Shown: piece by piece, positions 27,665 to 32,000 of the stretch
Layout: the number at the start of each line of letters is the position of its first letter
Numbering within the stretch: the first letter of the stretch is position 1
Source: Flavobacteriaceae bacterium
GTDB lineage: Bacteria; Bacteroidota; Bacteroidia; Flavobacteriales; Flavobacteriaceae
Direction: 5' to 3'
DNA length: 32,000 bases
Assembly: GCA_965224465.1 (NCBI GenBank)
Contig: OZ245049.1
Location: 5,209,565 to 5,241,564 of the forward strand
Program-made: the position numbers and the translations under genes
The notes under the pieces: generated by a model
Told to the model about the DNA's origin: nothing
What the model saw: only the letters and a program-made list of their open reading frames with translations
Databases searched by the model: none

Positions 27665-28354
27665 ATGTTTGAAGGTAAAAACGGAATGAAAAACGATCAA
27701 ATAGAAGAAATGGGCGATGACCATATCGGAACATCGGCTAAAACACCATTAAGAGCAGATGCTTTTGATATATCGGACGCCGAGAAAATTGAGAGAATTC
27801 AGGCAAGTGTATATGATATTTTGACAACATTGGGGATGGACTTGACAGATGATAGTTTGCAAGGAACTCCTAAACGTGTGGCAAAATCATTTGTAAACGA
27901 ACTTTTTTCAGGATTAAATCCTGCCAATAGACCTAAATTATCAACATTTGATAATAATTATAAGTATGGTGAGATGTTGGTAGAAAAAAACATTATTGTT
28001 TATTCTACTTGTGAACACCATTTATTACCTATTGTAGGAAGAGCGCATGTAGCATATATTTCAAAAGGGCGGGTAATAGGTTTGTCTAAAATGAATCGAA
28101 TTGTAGAGCATTTTGCAAAACGACCACAGGTACAAGAACGCTTAACCATGCAAGTTGTACAAGCATTGCAAGAAGCACTTGGGACAGATGATGTTGCTTG
28201 TGTTATTGATGCAAAACATCTTTGTGTAAACTCTCGAGGTATTAAAGACATTGAAAGTAGTACTGTTACTTCCGAATTTGGTGGTAAATTCAAAGATAGA
28301 GCTGTACGTCGAGAATTTATAGATTATATAAAATTGGATACAAATTTTGATTAA
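27665..28354 (+). CDS. folE: GTP cyclohydrolase I (FolE type 1)
   Basis: 229-aa ORF with GTPKRVAKS, STCEHHLLP (zinc-binding CEHH), GLSKMNRIV, RPQVQERLT and HLCVNSRG, all hallmark FolE motifs. Confidence 0.95.
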   Translation: MFEGKNGMKNDQIEEMGDDHIGTSAKTPLRADAFDISDAEKIERIQASVYDILTTLGMDLTDDSLQGTPKRVAKSFVNELFSGLNPANRPKLSTFDNNYKYGEMLVEKNIIVYSTCEHHLLPIVGRAHVAYISKGRVIGLSKMNRIVEHFAKRPQVQERLTMQVVQALQEALGTDDVACVIDAKHLCVNSRGIKDIESSTVTSEFGGKFKDRAVRREFIDYIKLDTNFD

Positions 28355-28376
28355 TTTGTAAGTGAAAACAAAAAAT

Positions 28377-28406
28377 AAAAGCTCCTACTTGGAGCTTTTA
28401 TTTTTT
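28377..28406 (+). terminator. Rho-independent terminator of folE
   Basis: 9-bp stem aaaagctcc / ggagctttt with a 5-nt loop, followed by aTTTTTT. Confidence 0.8.
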
Positions 28407-28506
28407 AGGTGTTTTTTAGTATAAAATTATTTTACATTTCTCAAATGATCTAAAGTAATTATAAAAAAGTACTAATTAAAAAAATAAGACTTAATTAAAG
28501 TAAAAA

Positions 28507-29343
28507 ATGAATTCTATAAAATCAATAGTAAGCGTTGTGTTTGTTGTGTTTTTAACGTTCCATACATTGCAATCTCAAGAGAATATTGTTAAAAAACCGT
28601 CTATTTGGGCAGATTTAAAACAGGATGGAGGAGACATGTTAGGCGGAGTGAAGTATGCGTTTACAAGACCTCTATATTGGAAAAAAGATGATTGGTGTAA
28701 AGCAGGTGTCATCGTAGGAGGAACAGCGTTGTTGTATTTGGCAGATGAACAAACGAGTACATTTTTTAGAGATCAAAGAGACAATGCTCCTGGTGTTTTA
28801 AAAGAAATAGGGTGGTATTATGGGAGTCCACAAAACTTTTTTATGATTTCAGGTGGAATTTATGGCTATGGATTGTTTGCTAAAAACGAAAAATTTAGAA
28901 AAACTGGGATTTTAATTATATCATCGGCGGTTGCAACGGGCTTGATACAGACAATTACCAAAAATGCCTTTGGACGCGCAAGACCGGGTGAAAATGTTGG
29001 AAGCAAAGTGTTTAAGCCGTTTAGTAAAGAAGGTACATATCATTCATTTCCTTCTGGACATACTATTTTATCTATGACAGCTTCCCATGCTATTGCAAAG
29101 CAATTTTCTAATCCTTGGGTAAAAGGGGGGATTTATGCAGTTGGACTTATCTCTCCTGTTTCTAGACTTTGGGAAGGCGCGCACTGGCTTACAGATGTTA
29201 CATTTGGTATTGTAATCAGTGTCCTTGTAGTGGATAGTATCGATAATTTTTTAGAGAAAAAAATGAAGAGTCGTAAAGAAAAAACCATCTCGTGGAATGT
29301 TAGAGCAGGAGTAAAATCCATCGGATTGATAGGTACGTTTTGA
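28507..29343 (+). CDS. PAP2-superfamily phosphatase (membrane or secreted)
   Basis: 278-aa ORF with a signal peptide and the tripartite PAP2 motif: KNAFGRARPG (KxxxxxxRP), PSGHT and SRLWEGAHWLTDV (SRxxxxxHxxxD). Confidence 0.9.
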   Translation: MNSIKSIVSVVFVVFLTFHTLQSQENIVKKPSIWADLKQDGGDMLGGVKYAFTRPLYWKKDDWCKAGVIVGGTALLYLADEQTSTFFRDQRDNAPGVLKEIGWYYGSPQNFFMISGGIYGYGLFAKNEKFRKTGILIISSAVATGLIQTITKNAFGRARPGENVGSKVFKPFSKEGTYHSFPSGHTILSMTASHAIAKQFSNPWVKGGIYAVGLISPVSRLWEGAHWLTDVTFGIVISVLVVDSIDNFLEKKMKSRKEKTISWNVRAGVKSIGLIGTF

Positions 29344-29352
29344 TGAATAAGA

Positions 29353-29514
29353 CCTATACACTCTAAAAGGACCGATATAAATAATTTATTTTACGTGCTA
29401 TTATTGTTGTTGTTGAAAAACAGAATGATAGCTAAGCTATCCATCCATTTTTCGCCTAGCTAAAACAAAAAATAATCCCATTTCTAAACCATCACTTGAA
29501 AATGTATTTGGTGT
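29353..29514 (-). repeat. Intergenic repeat family, full-length copy E (~162 bp, reverse orientation)
   Basis: The reverse complement reads acaccaaatacattttcaagtgatggtttagaaatgggattattttttgttttagctaggcgaaaaatggatggatagcttagctatcattctgtttttcaacaac...agcacgtaaaataaattatttatatcggtccttttagagtgtatagg. Its 5' end lies 42 nt after the stop of cobC on the same strand. Confidence 0.88.
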
Positions 29515-29556
29515 AACTATCTAATTAATAAGTAATTCGTAACTGATAACTCGTAA

Positions 29557-30132
29557 TTAATAAGTGACACCACCAGTCACATATTCAATACGGCAATTTT
29601 TTTGGTCAAAAAAGTCAATTTTTAGAACTTCACCATAATTAATTTTTAACGTGAAGGCTTTATTTAAGGGGGTTTCAAGTAAATGAGCAAGAATTACACG
29701 AAGTACTCCATCGTGCGCAGTAATTACATAATTTGTTGTTAGATGTTCGAGTGAGTTCCAGTAATTCAGTACTCTGTCGGATAAATCACGTAGACTTTCT
29801 CCGTTTGGAGGTGCAACGTCAACATAATTTTCAGACCATATTTTTAATGCGTTCTCTTCAATTTTTGACCAAGGAATTAATTCCCAATCTCCAAAATTCA
29901 ACTCTTTTAGAGCTTGTTCATATACAATAGTTGTTGTGGGGCTAATTGCTTTCGCAAGTTTTGTACAACGTTGTAAAGGACTACTGATGCATTTAAAAGA
30001 GGGGTCGATGGTTAGTTTTGTACGAATCTTATCTACCTCATCTTTAAAGGTTTTTGATACATCCAAATCACTTTGCCCATAACAAATCCCTGGGGAAATA
30101 AGGGGTTTTGTATGTCTAATAAGATATATCAT
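29557..30132 (-). CDS. cobC: alpha-ribazole phosphatase (histidine phosphatase family)
   Basis: 191-aa ORF with N-terminal MIYLIRHTKP (RH catalytic motif), then ITAHDGVLRV. Lies immediately downstream of cobT. Confidence 0.8.
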   Translation of the reverse strand: MIYLIRHTKPLISPGICYGQSDLDVSKTFKDEVDKIRTKLTIDPSFKCISSPLQRCTKLAKAISPTTTIVYEQALKELNFGDWELIPWSKIEENALKIWSENYVDVAPPNGESLRDLSDRVLNYWNSLEHLTTNYVITAHDGVLRVILAHLLETPLNKAFTLKINYGEVLKIDFFDQKNCRIEYVTGGVTY

Positions 30133-30152
30133 AGTGCTTTATTAAATGATGA

Positions 30153-31223
30153 TTAGAGGATTGTTATTCCTTTTTTAGTGGTATCGGTGACATTAGCTTC
30201 TGTAAAAGTAGTCATTTTGTTCATCATTTCTACAGCTCCTTGAATAATCGGGTATGCCATGGCAGCACCAGTACCTTCTCCCAATCTTAAGTCTAAATTT
30301 AGGATGGGTTGTCCTTTCATATACTGTATCATATGTTTGTGTCCCCCCTCGTTTGATTGATGAGAAAATATGGTATAATTTAAAACTTCTGGATACATTG
30401 CATGTGCCACTAATAAAGCGGACGTGATGATAAAACCATCATTTATATACAGCATTTTAAGTGCTGCCGCTTTTAATATTCCACCACAAATAGTGGCAAT
30501 TTCTAAGCCTCCATAACAAGCCAAAGTATGAAAAGGATCTTTGAAATTCCCGTGTTTTTTTACTGCCTTTTTCAGGATATTTAATTTATGCTGTATCCCT
30601 TTGGGGTCGAGTCCACTTCCAGCACCCACACATTCTTCTAGTGGGATGTCACATAATTGAGACATCAATATTGAAGCAGGGGAGGTGTTTCCAATGCCCA
30701 TCTCTCCAAAAGCGATTACATTACAGCCTTTGTTATATAAGTCGCTTACGATATCTGATCCGTTTTTTATGGCGCGATTACATTCTTCTATTGTCATGGC
30801 GGGTTCTTTAGAGAAATCTCTTGTTCCCTTGCGAACTTTATAGTCTAAAACACCGTCTTCTTTAGAAAAATCATAAGCTACACCCGCATCTACGGCGAGC
30901 ATATCTAGTTTGTATAAATTTGCGAAGAGTCCGATACCTCCACCTTTTTTTGCGAAGTTTTTCATCTGTTGCCAAGTCAATTCTTGGGGGCAAGGACTTA
31001 CGCCTTGAGCACAAATTCCATGGTCTGCTCCTACAAGAACTACCGTTGGTTTATTTAGAGAAAGTTTTAGGCTCTGTTGAATACGTCCCAGTTGATATGC
31101 AATTTGTTCTAATTGACCTAAAGAACCTAAGGGTTTTGTTTTATGATCTATTTCAAACTTTAATGCACTGTTTAAATTATCTGAAAGTGCTTGAATATTA
31201 AATTGAAGATGTTCTAATACCAT
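30153..31223 (-). CDS. cobT: nicotinate-nucleotide--dimethylbenzimidazole phosphoribosyltransferase
   Basis: 356-aa ORF with KTKPLGSLGQLE, GADHG, GEMGIGNTS and RLGEGTGAA, all characteristic CobT motifs. Preceded by a cobalamin riboswitch. Confidence 0.93.
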   Translation of the reverse strand: MVLEHLQFNIQALSDNLNSALKFEIDHKTKPLGSLGQLEQIAYQLGRIQQSLKLSLNKPTVVLVGADHGICAQGVSPCPQELTWQQMKNFAKKGGGIGLFANLYKLDMLAVDAGVAYDFSKEDGVLDYKVRKGTRDFSKEPAMTIEECNRAIKNGSDIVSDLYNKGCNVIAFGEMGIGNTSPASILMSQLCDIPLEECVGAGSGLDPKGIQHKLNILKKAVKKHGNFKDPFHTLACYGGLEIATICGGILKAAALKMLYINDGFIITSALLVAHAMYPEVLNYTIFSHQSNEGGHKHMIQYMKGQPILNLDLRLGEGTGAAMAYPIIQGAVEMMNKMTTFTEANVTDTTKKGITIL

Positions 31224-31371
31224 GTTTTTACTCTTTGTTTTTTATATGATAAAAAATGATAGCACCATTATAGTTTAACTATCTCGAACCTTAAAACGGA
31301 AGTATAAAACATGTAATTTCACATGAGAGATTAACATTTCTTTCCTCCGAAAAAACGATTCGATATTTTTT

Positions 31372-31512
31372 TAAAAAAGCAGGTTTTCTGACTTGTTCCA
31401 CTACATTTTTACAAAACAATGGTTTAGGTAGTGTTACTTTGATGAAACTTACAGCTACGGGGATAGTTCCAGATTTTAACGGGATTCCCTTTCTTTTTTA
31501 ACGCTGCAAAGT
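31372..31512 (-). promoter_or_regulatory. Cobalamin (B12) riboswitch in the cobT-cobC leader
   Basis: The minus strand reads ...aaagggaatcccgttaaaatctggaactatccccgtagctgtaagt...cactacc...gtagtggaacaagtcagaaaacctgc. GGGAA..G.TAAAATC..G..CT.TCCCCG.AGCTGTAAG matches the conserved core. AAGTCAGAAAACCTGC (31379-31394) matches the B12 box. Confidence 0.85.
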
Positions 31513-31576
31513 TGCTCAATCTATCAGTATTTTGTGTTGATATATATCATTTATAATTAATTATTTTAAAAATGAT

Positions 31577-31614
31577 AAAAAAAAAACGCTCATTTCAATA
31601 AAGAAATGAGCGTT
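31577..31614 (-). terminator. Rho-independent terminator of secA
   Basis: 12-bp perfect stem aacgctcatttc / gaaatgagcgtt (31585-31596 / 31603-31614) with a 6-nt loop. On the minus strand it is followed by T8 (A-run 31577-31584 on plus). Lies 22 nt after the secA stop. Confidence 0.88.
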
Positions 31615-31635
31615 GTGTATTTTGGTATAAACAGA

Positions 31636-32000
31636 TTAGTCTTCTGTCAATACCCATTCTCCTTTACTTAAAAGAGGGATGGCTTGTTTGTATTTTACTT
31701 CTTTACTTTGACCACTCATAACATTTTTAATTGTCACTTTTTCGTTACGACCAATTTTGCGTTCAGCTCTTACAATGGTTTCTATAATTTGAGGTTGCTG
31801 AGTTTGATTGGTTTGCGTTTGTTGGCTGCTGTTACCATATTCCTCTTTGCTCAATTGCACTTTTTCTCTTTTTTGCTCTACAGCTTGAGAAACTTGTGTT
31901 GCTTCTTGGTTTGGCAATTCGCCTTTAAATAAAAATGATAATACATCTTTATTAATTGCACTCAACATTGCGTTAAACAATTCAAAAGATTCAAATTTGT
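31636..32000 (-). CDS. secA: preprotein translocase SecA, C-terminal end (gene continues beyond the right edge)
   Basis: The frame stays open to base 32000: ...KFESFELFNAMLSAINKDVLSFLFKGELP... resembles the conserved SecA region E.F.LF..ML......V...L. It is followed by a low-complexity Q/T-rich tail. The track's Met at 31980 is internal. Confidence 0.7.
   Translation of the reverse strand, partial: KFESFELFNAMLSAINKDVLSFLFKGELPNQEATQVSQAVEQKREKVQLSKEEYGNSSQQTQTNQTQQPQIIETIVRAERKIGRNEKVTIKNVMSGQSKEVKYKQAIPLLSKGEWVLTED

Noticed and set aside
2817-29514. Whether the dispersed repeats could be a CRISPR array or an att/integron-type structure.
   Set aside because: The copies are ~160 bp long, kilobases apart, separated by housekeeping genes and imperfect. 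No cas, integrase or recombinase gene is present.
31270-31300. The ggttcgag string on the minus strand near 31285 looked like a possible tRNA T-arm.
   Set aside because: No acceptor stem, anticodon arm or complementary T-stem can be built around it. It lies in the riboswitch expression platform upstream of cobT.

Overview
AT-rich window that reads as ordinary core chromosome of a Bacteroidota bacterium, most likely Flavobacteriia. Support for that placement: no Shine-Dalgarno sequences, several exact TAnnTTTG -7 promoter boxes 8-70 nt upstream of start codons, and typical Flavobacteriia housekeeping families. I can support about 24 protein genes. Left to right they are: a DUF4105 protein (5' partial), a YheT-like alpha/beta hydrolase, pssA, lptB, tatC, kdsD, recQ, a Gate-domain membrane protein, an orphan 129-aa protein, lpdA, dcp, an HTH/S24 LexA-like repressor, a DnaQ-exonuclease/GIY-YIG fusion, a 127-aa hypothetical, a YccS/FUSC-type membrane protein, a TPR-LytS-type histidine kinase with a LytTR response regulator, a secreted ankyrin-repeat protein, a DUF4126 membrane protein plus a small membrane protein, hisS, folE, a PAP2 phosphatase, cobC, cobT and the 3' end of secA. 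A cobalamin riboswitch precedes cobT-cobC, and there are five clear rho-independent terminators. I found no rRNA, tRNA, CRISPR array, transposase, integrase, phage gene or recognisable defence or toxin system. The main feature that gene annotation does not explain is a dense family of ~150-165 bp intergenic repeats. There are five full-length copies plus at least seven fragments or hairpin derivatives, with short terminal inverted repeats (ATACCAAAT...ATTGGTAT). Most copies sit just after a stop codon in the same orientation as the upstream gene. The second item worth a look is the LexA-like repressor plus exonuclease pair, a candidate non-canonical SOS module. I do not see convincing evidence for a novel multi-gene system. 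All product names rest on motif recognition by eye and need homology searches.
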